NCBI GenBank assembly: GCA_944389235.1
Contig: CALXLO010000004.1
Location: 1 to 62,207 of the forward strand
Reading direction: 5' to 3'
Origin: an uncultured Alphaproteobacteria bacterium
GTDB taxonomy: Bacteria; Pseudomonadota; Alphaproteobacteria; Rs-D84
Length of the DNA stretch: 62,207 nt
Positions 10,224 through 18,304 of the stretch are shown one piece after another. Under the pieces are notes generated by a model. It was not told the DNA's origin, did not search any database, and worked only from the letters and a program-made list of their open reading frames with translations. Every line of letters begins with the position of its first letter. The first letter of the stretch is position 1. Both the position numbers and the translations under genes were made by a program.

Positions 10224-12494
10224 ATGTCCACCATGGCAAAACAATCAAACTTTTTACCGCAACGCGTTTCCGGCGCGTTGAAAAGTTTATTAAAACGCGT
10301 ATTTGGTATTGTGCTGTTGGCGCTGGGGGTATGGGCGTTATGCGCAACAATCTTTTATGACCCGTATTTAGATGGATTTGCCGTTGCCAGTACATTTGGT
10401 ACGCAATCTGTAATGGGACAGGTGGTCGGGTTTTTATGCTATGGTATCGGGGTTGTCCCTGCAATCTTTTTAATGCTGTGTGTTGTGCGGTGGGGGTTGT
10501 CTTGGACGGCGGGGTGGAATGAAAATGCGTCGCCAGAATATAATTTTTTGCGTTGTTTTGTGGCGCTGTTTATTGGTGCCGCCGGCATGGGATTAATTGC
10601 GTCGTCGCACAGTTTTGGCGGTATGGTCGGATTTATCGCGGCATCTGATTTATATAAACTGATTGGCGGTTGGTGCGTGGCAGTTGGTGTGGTATGTATT
10701 GCGGTATTTTTATTTATGGCGGCGCAATTACTGCATATCAGATGGATACATGTCAAGAATGCGGTACGGTTAATATGGCGTGGGGTGCGCTGGGTAATGT
10801 CTGTGTTCCATTTGGTGCCGGCGGCAAGTGCAGATGAATATATATCTGATGATGCAGAATATGACCCTGAATATGACACAGAATCAGCAGATGATACAGA
10901 TGATAATGCAAATGTGCCCACCACAACCAAACGCACACGCAGTCGGACGACAAAATCGCGCGCGCATTCGCGCAGTGCAAAGGTTGCTGGTCCGCACGAA
11001 TATGAATTGCCAGACCCTGCGTTTTTGGAACGGTCTGCGTTTGGCAGAAATGTTATAACCCCAGAATTAAAACAAAATGCCCGCGCGATGGAGGTGCACT
11101 TTGCAGAATACGGGGTACGCGGCAAAGTTGTTGGTATAAAACCAGGACCGATTGTGACGCTGTATGAATTTATGCCGGACAGTGGTGTACGAATTGTTGA
11201 TATCAGAAAAACAGTTAGTGATATGACGCGCGCCATGGCAACAGAAAATATCCGTATTGCGCATATCCCAAATACGCCACTGATTGGTGTTGAAATGGTT
11301 AATTTAACGCGTCAAACGGTGCGTTTTCAATCGCTGGTTGATAATACTGCGTTTACAAATTCTAAATATAAAATACCATTGGCCCTGGGGGTTGATATCG
11401 GTGGAAACCCAATGTATTTTGATTTGGCCAAAATGCCACACATGTTGATTGCAGGACGGACTGGGTCTGGTAAATCTGTGTTTGTGCAATCTATTATAAT
11501 GTCTATTGTATATCACTTTACGCCGGATAAGTGCAAATTGATGATTATTGACCCCAAAGGTGTTGATTTTGGATTCTGGGATGATATTCCGCACTTGATA
11601 ACCCCGATTGTAAAACTGGACCCAGCGGCGGCGGTAAATGCGTTGAAATGGGCTGTGCGTGAAATGGAAGACAGATATAAACAACTGCAACTGGTAAATG
11701 CACGCAATATAGAAAGTTATAACGAAATTATGGCAGAAAAACGCGCCAGTGGTGAAAAACTGACGCGTCAGGTTGCAGTCGGCACAGACGAAGAAACAGG
11801 TGAATTATTATTCGAAACCCAAGAAGTCGATTTGTCTGATATGTCATATATCGTAATAATCATAGACGAAGTTGCCGATTTGATGAGTTTGGCCCGCAAG
11901 GAAGTAGAGGCATGTGTTCAACGCATTGCGCAGAAAGCGCGTGCCGCCGGAATACATTTGGTTATGGCAACCCAGCGCCCAGATACCACAGTTATAACCG
12001 GTGTTATCAAGGCTAATTTCCCAACGCGCGTTTCATTCCAGGCACGCAGTGCAATTGATTCTATGACAACATTAGGTGAAAAGGGCGCAGAACAATTATT
12101 GGCGTTTGGTGATATGCTGTTTAGCGAGGCTGGACGCGTACCTGTGCGTATACATGGTGCATTTATATCAGATGAAGAAATGTCGCGGGTGGGCGATTTC
12201 TTGCGCGGTCAGGGCGAACCAGAATATGCGGCCGGTGTCACAGATGGCGACGGTGGTTCCGGGGCAACTGGTGCGGCACAAATACCAGGAATGCCAATGT
12301 CAAAATCTGATAAAGATGCTGATTTATATACCCAGGCCAAAGAATATGTGTTGCGTGATAAAAAACCGACGATTTCATATATCCAGCGCAGATTGGGAAT
12401 TGGGTATAACAAGGCTGCTGGATTTATGGAACGGATGGAGGCCGAAGGTATCGTTAGCCCCCCTGATGCAAATAATAAGCGACATATTTTATAA
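10224..12494 (+). CDS. ftsK: DNA translocase FtsK
   Basis: N-terminal 4-TM domain and an acidic/basic linker. Motor domain with Walker A GRTGSGKS and Walker B IIIDEVADL. C-terminal gamma winged helix (ISYIQRRLGIGYNKAA). Confidence 0.95.
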   Translation: MSTMAKQSNFLPQRVSGALKSLLKRVFGIVLLALGVWALCATIFYDPYLDGFAVASTFGTQSVMGQVVGFLCYGIGVVPAIFLMLCVVRWGLSWTAGWNENASPEYNFLRCFVALFIGAAGMGLIASSHSFGGMVGFIAASDLYKLIGGWCVAVGVVCIAVFLFMAAQLLHIRWIHVKNAVRLIWRGVRWVMSVFHLVPAASADEYISDDAEYDPEYDTESADDTDDNANVPTTTKRTRSRTTKSRAHSRSAKVAGPHEYELPDPAFLERSAFGRNVITPELKQNARAMEVHFAEYGVRGKVVGIKPGPIVTLYEFMPDSGVRIVDIRKTVSDMTRAMATENIRIAHIPNTPLIGVEMVNLTRQTVRFQSLVDNTAFTNSKYKIPLALGVDIGGNPMYFDLAKMPHMLIAGRTGSGKSVFVQSIIMSIVYHFTPDKCKLMIIDPKGVDFGFWDDIPHLITPIVKLDPAAAVNALKWAVREMEDRYKQLQLVNARNIESYNEIMAEKRASGEKLTRQVAVGTDEETGELLFETQEVDLSDMSYIVIIIDEVADLMSLARKEVEACVQRIAQKARAAGIHLVMATQRPDTTVITGVIKANFPTRVSFQARSAIDSMTTLGEKGAEQLLAFGDMLFSEAGRVPVRIHGAFISDEEMSRVGDFLRGQGEPEYAAGVTDGDGGSGATGAAQIPGMPMSKSDKDADLYTQAKEYVLRDKKPTISYIQRRLGIGYNKAAGFMERMEAEGIVSPPDANNKRHIL

Positions 12495-12499
12495 TATAA

Positions 12500-12526
12500 C
12501 CCCGCAAAATAGCGGGGATATTTTTT
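12500..12526 (+). terminator. Rho-independent terminator after ftsK
   Basis: Hairpin ccccgc-aaaata-gcgggg followed by ata-tttttt. Confidence 0.7.
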
Positions 12527-12538
12527 GTCTTTTATGCT

Positions 12539-12566
12539 TTGTATGTACCACTTTTTGTGGTATAAT
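12539..12566 (+). promoter_or_regulatory. sigma70-like promoter for the OMP gene
   Basis: TTGTAT, then a 16-nt spacer ending TGg, then TATAAT (extended -10). Lies 28 nt upstream of the AAGGAG SD and ATG 12594. Confidence 0.5.
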
Positions 12567-12593
12567 TTCTATTAATAATAAAGGAGTTTTAGG

Positions 12594-13796
12594 ATGAAAT
12601 TGCATCTGTCTTGGTTCTTGTGTGCGGCGGTTTTGCTGGGGGTTGCGCCGGCTGTGGCGGCGACAAATTCTGGTACACGCGCGGCATCCAGTGTCGATTT
12701 AACCAGTGCGCCGGCTGTTCGTGAACGCACCCAGGTTAATTATGAAAAGTATGAAACGCGTACAACACAAAAAACATATGATGAAGCAGATGCGCGTAAT
12801 CTTTATTATGTAAAGCCGGCTGACCGTGGCAGTTTATATAAGCAATATGCCGGTAATTCTGATGCGGTTGTTCGCAAAACACGCGCAGAAACATATCGCA
12901 GCGAACTGCGTCGTAAATATTATTTGGCGCATCCGTTCTTTCAACCGTTAAAGGGTGATTTTGGTTCCGTAACAGATTTGTCTTATACTATGAATTCATA
13001 TGATTTTAGTGTAAGTGGCGGCGCGAACGAGGCAGCTAAATGGGACATGTCGCGCTTTTCTATCAAGGAAGATTTTAGTTATGGTATAACAGACAGATTG
13101 TCTGTTCTGGCAATGTTGCAATATGATATATCTAACTATAAATTTGATTGGGCGGTATCAACAGATGATACGATGGATGATAATGGTTTCAATTTAATGG
13201 GCTTGGGACTGCAATGGCGATTTGTTGATACATCAGATTGGATTGCAACTGTATCTGGGTATTATCAGTATCAGCCTGATATGTCTAATAATGTAATATT
13301 GGATATCAAAGGCGGATATAAGGTCGCATCGTCTACGATATATGCGCTGGCGCGTGGGTGGTATGTTGACTTTGCGGGTACTTCCTATGGTAATGGAATT
13401 ACTGGTACTACCAGTGATGGGGTGCCGTCAACAATGTTTATTGCGTACAAGACAGATGTTAATAATGTATTCTATGCCGAAGGGGGACTGGGGGTATTTA
13501 GTGTCTTGGACGAAGATTGGACATTAAATGTCGAAGCGCTGTTTGGATATTATGATTGGCATAACCAGGCCAGCATCAAGGCTGCGATTGGGTGGCAACC
13601 AAATGATTGGTTTGCATTAAATCTGTATGGCAAAATGGCAGTTTATGATACCGCAGACGGTAAAGATTTATCGTTCTGGGGAACTGATACACAACAGGGC
13701 AGTGATTCTTATGGTCAATATGTATATGTTGGACCGGTACATATAGATAATTATTCCGAAGCAACAGTTGGTTTGCAGGCGGTATTTTCATTCTGA
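12594..13796 (+). CDS. outer-membrane beta-barrel protein, family not assigned
   Basis: Signal peptide (AVLLGVAPAVAATNSG). Alternating amphipathic beta pattern rich in aromatic residues and Gly. C-terminal ...GLQAVFSF. Confidence 0.65.
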   Translation: MKLHLSWFLCAAVLLGVAPAVAATNSGTRAASSVDLTSAPAVRERTQVNYEKYETRTTQKTYDEADARNLYYVKPADRGSLYKQYAGNSDAVVRKTRAETYRSELRRKYYLAHPFFQPLKGDFGSVTDLSYTMNSYDFSVSGGANEAAKWDMSRFSIKEDFSYGITDRLSVLAMLQYDISNYKFDWAVSTDDTMDDNGFNLMGLGLQWRFVDTSDWIATVSGYYQYQPDMSNNVILDIKGGYKVASSTIYALARGWYVDFAGTSYGNGITGTTSDGVPSTMFIAYKTDVNNVFYAEGGLGVFSVLDEDWTLNVEALFGYYDWHNQASIKAAIGWQPNDWFALNLYGKMAVYDTADGKDLSFWGTDTQQGSDSYGQYVYVGPVHIDNYSEATVGLQAVFSF

Positions 13797-13888
13797 TGAT
13801 ATTGTGCATGTCGGGTGGCGTAATTTATGCTGCCCGATTTATACGCGGTCTATGATATAAAATAAACATCAAGGGGAGAGAGGGTAGT

Positions 13889-14611
13889 ATGCGTAAATTT
13901 TTATCTGTTTTAATAGGGGCTGTGTTGGTAATGTCGCCTGTTGTCAGTGCGCGCGCGGATGGTTTGGAATATGATACATCTGACCCATTATTTATGGTTG
14001 CGCAAAATGATTTGCTGACTGAAACAACTTTGACATATTGGGACAATGTTTTGCGTCTGGGTGAAACATTATCCTATGGTATAAATAATCGTTTGACCAT
14101 TTCAGCAAATGCACATTATCAACAAGATTTTAATGGTACCGAAGATGGCTTTTCCAGTCTGGATATTGGCGGTGTTTATCGTGTCGGTACGGCGGGCGGG
14201 AACAGCGCGCGGATAATTTCTGATATTTTGTTTGGGTTAAAGGTTGGTGGTTCTTCGCATGTGCGTACGCCGTATTTTGCGGATTCTACATATTACGCTG
14301 GTTATCGTTTTGGTCGCCAGTGGACAGGTGTTACATTGGCTGCGACAATCAAATCCAGTTGGATTTTTGATGATGTTATGGGCATGGCATATATTGACTT
14401 TATGCCAGAGGCATATTTCCGTATCGCCCAAGATTGGCGGATGGCGGCAAACTTTATGTTGCGCAAGGCAACAGAATCTGCATTTGACCAAGAATGGATT
14501 GGCGGTAAAATTATTCGCCAATATGGTCGTACGCAATATGCAGGACATTTAGATTACGAATTTGAAAGTGATGAATTACAAGTCGGATTAGATGTAAATA
14601 TATTGTTCTGA
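13889..14611 (+). CDS. small outer-membrane beta-barrel protein, family not assigned
   Basis: Signal peptide ending SARADG. Beta-strand periodicity. C-terminal ...GLDVNILF. Confidence 0.6.
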   Translation: MRKFLSVLIGAVLVMSPVVSARADGLEYDTSDPLFMVAQNDLLTETTLTYWDNVLRLGETLSYGINNRLTISANAHYQQDFNGTEDGFSSLDIGGVYRVGTAGGNSARIISDILFGLKVGGSSHVRTPYFADSTYYAGYRFGRQWTGVTLAATIKSSWIFDDVMGMAYIDFMPEAYFRIAQDWRMAANFMLRKATESAFDQEWIGGKIIRQYGRTQYAGHLDYEFESDELQVGLDVNILF

Positions 14612-14613
14612 TG

Positions 14614-14640
14614 AAAAATCCCGCAGCCGCGGGATTTTTA
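14614..14640. terminator. bidirectional Rho-independent terminator between convergent genes
   Basis: aaaaa-tcccgc-agcc-gcggga-ttttt: A-run 5', T-run 3'. Confidence 0.7.
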
Positions 14641-15921
14641 CTTTTTTGCGGAATTTATTTTTTCACGCAACGAATCCCAATATTCTAAACGCTTTTTTAT
14701 TTCGCGTTCAAAACCGCGTTCAATTGGATTATAAAATTTTTGTCGCTGCATTGATTCAGGAAAACAATTTTGACCACTGAATCCAGATGCTGTGTCTGGT
14801 TCATATATATACCCAGCACCATATCCCATGTCGCGCATCATACGGGTTGGGGCATTCAAGATATTTTTTGGTGGCATTAAACTGCCTGTGTCGCGTGCAA
14901 CGCGGTATGCCGCAGTTTGCGCCCGATAATTAGCCGTGCTTTTGGGCGCTGTGCCTAAATATATTACCAGTTCTGTTAATGCTAAATCCCCTTCGGGACT
15001 GCCCATGCGTTCATAAACCTGCCATGCAGCCAGGGCTATTTGCATTGCATTTGGGTCAGCTAAACCGATATCTTCCATTGCGAAACGGGTCAAACGACGA
15101 AATAAATACATGGGGTCTTGCCCAGATGTCATCATGCGCGCAGTCCAATACAGCGCAGCGTCTGTATCACTGGCACGCAATGATTTATGTACAGCAGAAA
15201 TTAAATTATAATGTTCATCGCCAGATTTATCAGATAATGGCGCGCGCTTTTGTATTGCGTTGTCCAATGCGTCGGGGGTTAATTTTTTACCAAAATTCGC
15301 ATTTGTTAGATACTCGATAGTGTTTAATAAAAAACGCGCATCGCCATCTGCCATTTGTGCCAAGTGTAAACGCGCATCATCGCGCAATGGTAATTTTTTG
15401 CCCAAGAATTTTTCTGCACGCGACATCAGGGTCATTAAATCTTCGGATGATAATGGTTGTAATACGCCGACATGGCATCGTGATAGCAACGCATTATTCA
15501 AATTAAAACTGGGGTTTTCGGTGGTCGCGCCCATAAATACGACTGTTCCGTCTTCTAGGTATGGCAACAATGTATCTTGTTGGGTTTTATTAAATCTGTG
15601 TATTTCGTCAATAAACAATAATGTTCCACGGCCAATTTCGCGATTCATTCGTGCGGCATCCATGGCCTTTTTTATATCAGCTGTTCCAGAAAATACCGCA
15701 GACATCGGTACAAAGTCCATATCAACAGATTTTGCCAATGCGCGCGCGATTGTGGTCTTGCCGCATCCGGGCGGTCCCCATAAAATCAAATTTGATAATT
15801 TATGATTATCAACCATACGACGCACCAAGCCGTTTTCGCCCAATAATTGCGGCTGACCCACAATTTCATCAATTGTGGCGGGACGCATTATGTCTGCAAG
15901 TGGTCTGTTTTCTGATTGCAT
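14638..15921 (-). CDS. rarA: replication-associated recombination protein A (AAA+ ATPase)
   Basis: Motifs RPATIDEIVGQ, Walker A GPPGCGKTT, FIDEIHRFNK and the MgsA C-terminal domain (YNLISAVHKSLRASD). Confidence 0.95.
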   Translation of the reverse strand: MQSENRPLADIMRPATIDEIVGQPQLLGENGLVRRMVDNHKLSNLILWGPPGCGKTTIARALAKSVDMDFVPMSAVFSGTADIKKAMDAARMNREIGRGTLLFIDEIHRFNKTQQDTLLPYLEDGTVVFMGATTENPSFNLNNALLSRCHVGVLQPLSSEDLMTLMSRAEKFLGKKLPLRDDARLHLAQMADGDARFLLNTIEYLTNANFGKKLTPDALDNAIQKRAPLSDKSGDEHYNLISAVHKSLRASDTDAALYWTARMMTSGQDPMYLFRRLTRFAMEDIGLADPNAMQIALAAWQVYERMGSPEGDLALTELVIYLGTAPKSTANYRAQTAAYRVARDTGSLMPPKNILNAPTRMMRDMGYGAGYIYEPDTASGFSGQNCFPESMQRQKFYNPIERGFEREIKKRLEYWDSLREKINSAKK

Positions 15922-15969
15922 TTGTATTTGTTTTACTTTGGTTTTATTTAGTCTTTATTTATGATATAA

Positions 15970-16380
15970 TTGATTTTAGTAAATAAACCAAAGGTTTTCA
16001 AGTTGGTAGTAAATAAAGAATCTGCTGAATTTACATTGGCTGTTGCAAATTTGGCAGCGGCGGCTATTTCTGCAAATCCGAATTTAACGCTGGATGCAGC
16101 TGTGCGTGCCGCACGCGAAAGTTTGCGTGGTGCATCTGTTGGACCGCAACAAATTGCGGCATCTGTTCGGGCGGATAAAATTCAATGTCTGGAAGATGGT
16201 ACATGGCATGTTATGCTGCGTCGGTATATCGGGCGAAAGTATAATATGACACCACAGCAGTATCGGCAAAAGTGGGGCTTGCCGGATGATTATCCGTTTG
16301 TTGCGCCAAATTATTCGGCGCGGCGGTCGCGTATCGCCAAAAAATCTGGATTTGGTAAACAGTGTCGGGGGCGTAAATAG
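15970..16380 (+). CDS. Ros/MucR-family transcriptional regulator lacking 3 of the 4 zinc ligands
   Basis: The C-terminus aligns without gaps to Ros: CLEDGTWHVMLRRYIGRKYNMTPQQYRQKWGLPDDYPFVAPNYSARRSRIAKKSGFG. There is no in-frame ATG. TTG 15970 or TTG 16003 (SD AAGG) are the possible starts. Confidence 0.8.
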   Translation: MILVNKPKVFKLVVNKESAEFTLAVANLAAAAISANPNLTLDAAVRAARESLRGASVGPQQIAASVRADKIQCLEDGTWHVMLRRYIGRKYNMTPQQYRQKWGLPDDYPFVAPNYSARRSRIAKKSGFGKQCRGRK

Positions 16381-18285
16381 ATGACTGAAAAATTCCGTAA
16401 AATTGTAAAACAACCGGAACGCACCGCTGCGCGGATTCGCCGGGGAATCGAAAAATTAAAAGTAAATGAATATGTGCGCGAACGCCGCACAGATAAAGAT
16501 GCCGCCGGAATTACAGAAAAAAATCCGAAATTACGCGACACAGCGCAAATTGTTGGATTAAATACTGCAAAATGGTCGGCGTGGCTGGCGGCTGGGGGGG
16601 CACAATTTCTGTTGACTTTGGTGCGGTGGATGGCGTTGGACAATGCGTTCTTGCGAAAGTTAGAAAAAAAGCTGGCATTTATGGACGCTGGGAAAAATAA
16701 AGATGGCCGACCCAAAGCGATATCTGGATTCGCAAAAAAATATCCGAATTTATCCGCACATATTTTATGGTACTTTATGCTGGCGGCAGTTATAGGGGGC
16801 GGGCGCGCGGTATCCGGATTGGATTTAACAAGCGATAAAGACCAAGTGAAAACGGAAAAAATCACGCGCGCGTCAGAACCTGAAAAGTTTGATGATTTTT
16901 ATATGGACCCAACAGTTGATGCGGCGCAGTGGAAAAAAATGCTGGATGCTGTACATCCGTATGTCTTGTCGCACTTGGTGTCCAGCGAAGGTTTTATACA
17001 AACATTGTATGATGATAACGGGGGACGCGGTACTTTGACAATCGGCAGTGGGTTTACATTAAATGACAATGTGCACAGAAATTTTGCAAAAAAAATATTG
17101 GGACGGCATATTGGTAATGGTTCCAGCATCAGTATAGAAGAAAATAGATTGTTAGTGTCTGCGTGGCTGTATCAAAAGGTTTATCCAAAAATCAAATCAC
17201 AAATACATGTACCAATGGACAGTCGCCTGTTCGTTATTTTGGCGGTTGCAGGATATAACAAAGGGGAAAATACATACGCACCTGGGAACAAAGGCAATCC
17301 TGTTGCGGTCGCAATAAATACTGGGCAATCACCAAAACGCATTGCAACTGAATATGTCGCAGCGTTTGGCGGTATCCGGGGAACGCGGTGGGGGGGACTG
17401 CCTAATAAATTTGGTGTGTTGGCGTTGTATTACTTGGGCTATACTGATGATAGTGTTATATTAAATGCAATTGCCGAAGCCCCGTATACCATAGAACCAT
17501 ATTTGCAAGAATATAATGGTCGGTTATTAAAATATAATGGAACAACCAAGACCGCCGTTGCCAATGGGTTTAATATTCCAGACAACTTGTCTGATTTATT
17601 GATGAAAACAAAATCGCGTGTTACACACGGGACAGCACAGCAGGCTGTGAAAAATTATTTAAGTTCCGATATGGTTGCCGCAATAGAACAAGGTAATGTC
17701 ATGTCGGGCGGTGTGACAATAGATTTTGCAAAATATTCTGCAAATAATGTACAAGATAATGTTATCAGTGAATCAGATAAACTAAATGCAGCCGGTGAAG
17801 ATTTATTTTTTGCCGAAAACTATTCTGGGGCGATAAAAAAATTTGATGCGGCATTAAAATCAAACCCGCGCAATTATATCGCATACAGCAATTTGTCTAT
17901 TGCATATTATAAAATGGGTAAATATGACGAAGGACTGCGTGTTGTGCAAAATTTGATAAAGTCGCAATATTTGCGCGACATGCCATCTGATATCAAGGGG
18001 TATACTTATTTTAATGCAGCCTTGTGTCGGACAGCAATGGGTGATGCAGCATCAGATGAATCTGCGCGGCAACAGCACTATGATATGGCGATGAAAAATT
18101 TGCGATTAGCACAAAAGTTTAGTGGCCGTGGATATGATATTTTAGCCGATGAGTTAGAATCAAAAATTGCTGGTAAAAATTTGGCTTATACTGGGGTAAA
18201 TGATTTTAGCCGTGGGGTTAATAAAATAAAAGTTGCTGATAACGCGCGCATAGGGCATGCCGCCGCACAGCGCGATATTATGTAA
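16381..18285 (+). CDS. membrane-anchored GH24 lysozyme-like domain protein with C-terminal TPR repeats
   Basis: SSEGFIQTLYDDNGGRGTLTIGSGFT matches the T4-lysozyme E-x8-D-x(5-7)-T catalytic spacing. Hydrophobic segments lie near the N-terminus. TPR-like AENYSGAIKKFDAALKSNPRNYIAYSNLSIAYYKMGKYDEG. The ATG abuts the mucR-like stop (TAGATG). Confidence 0.7.
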   Translation: MTEKFRKIVKQPERTAARIRRGIEKLKVNEYVRERRTDKDAAGITEKNPKLRDTAQIVGLNTAKWSAWLAAGGAQFLLTLVRWMALDNAFLRKLEKKLAFMDAGKNKDGRPKAISGFAKKYPNLSAHILWYFMLAAVIGGGRAVSGLDLTSDKDQVKTEKITRASEPEKFDDFYMDPTVDAAQWKKMLDAVHPYVLSHLVSSEGFIQTLYDDNGGRGTLTIGSGFTLNDNVHRNFAKKILGRHIGNGSSISIEENRLLVSAWLYQKVYPKIKSQIHVPMDSRLFVILAVAGYNKGENTYAPGNKGNPVAVAINTGQSPKRIATEYVAAFGGIRGTRWGGLPNKFGVLALYYLGYTDDSVILNAIAEAPYTIEPYLQEYNGRLLKYNGTTKTAVANGFNIPDNLSDLLMKTKSRVTHGTAQQAVKNYLSSDMVAAIEQGNVMSGGVTIDFAKYSANNVQDNVISESDKLNAAGEDLFFAENYSGAIKKFDAALKSNPRNYIAYSNLSIAYYKMGKYDEGLRVVQNLIKSQYLRDMPSDIKGYTYFNAALCRTAMGDAASDESARQQHYDMAMKNLRLAQKFSGRGYDILADELESKIAGKNLAYTGVNDFSRGVNKIKVADNARIGHAAAQRDIM

Positions 18286-18304
18286 ATAAAAAACAGGTAT
18301 GTAA

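Noticed and set aside
9790-11236. Long antisense ORFs (224 aa and 265 aa) opposite the PAP2 gene and ftsK. Similar cases occur at 3878-4438, 15260-15805, 16311-16865, 43521-44072 and 49396-49929.
   Set aside because: All are embedded in genes with clear homology-type motifs on the other strand and show shadow-frame composition. There is no independent evidence of coding.
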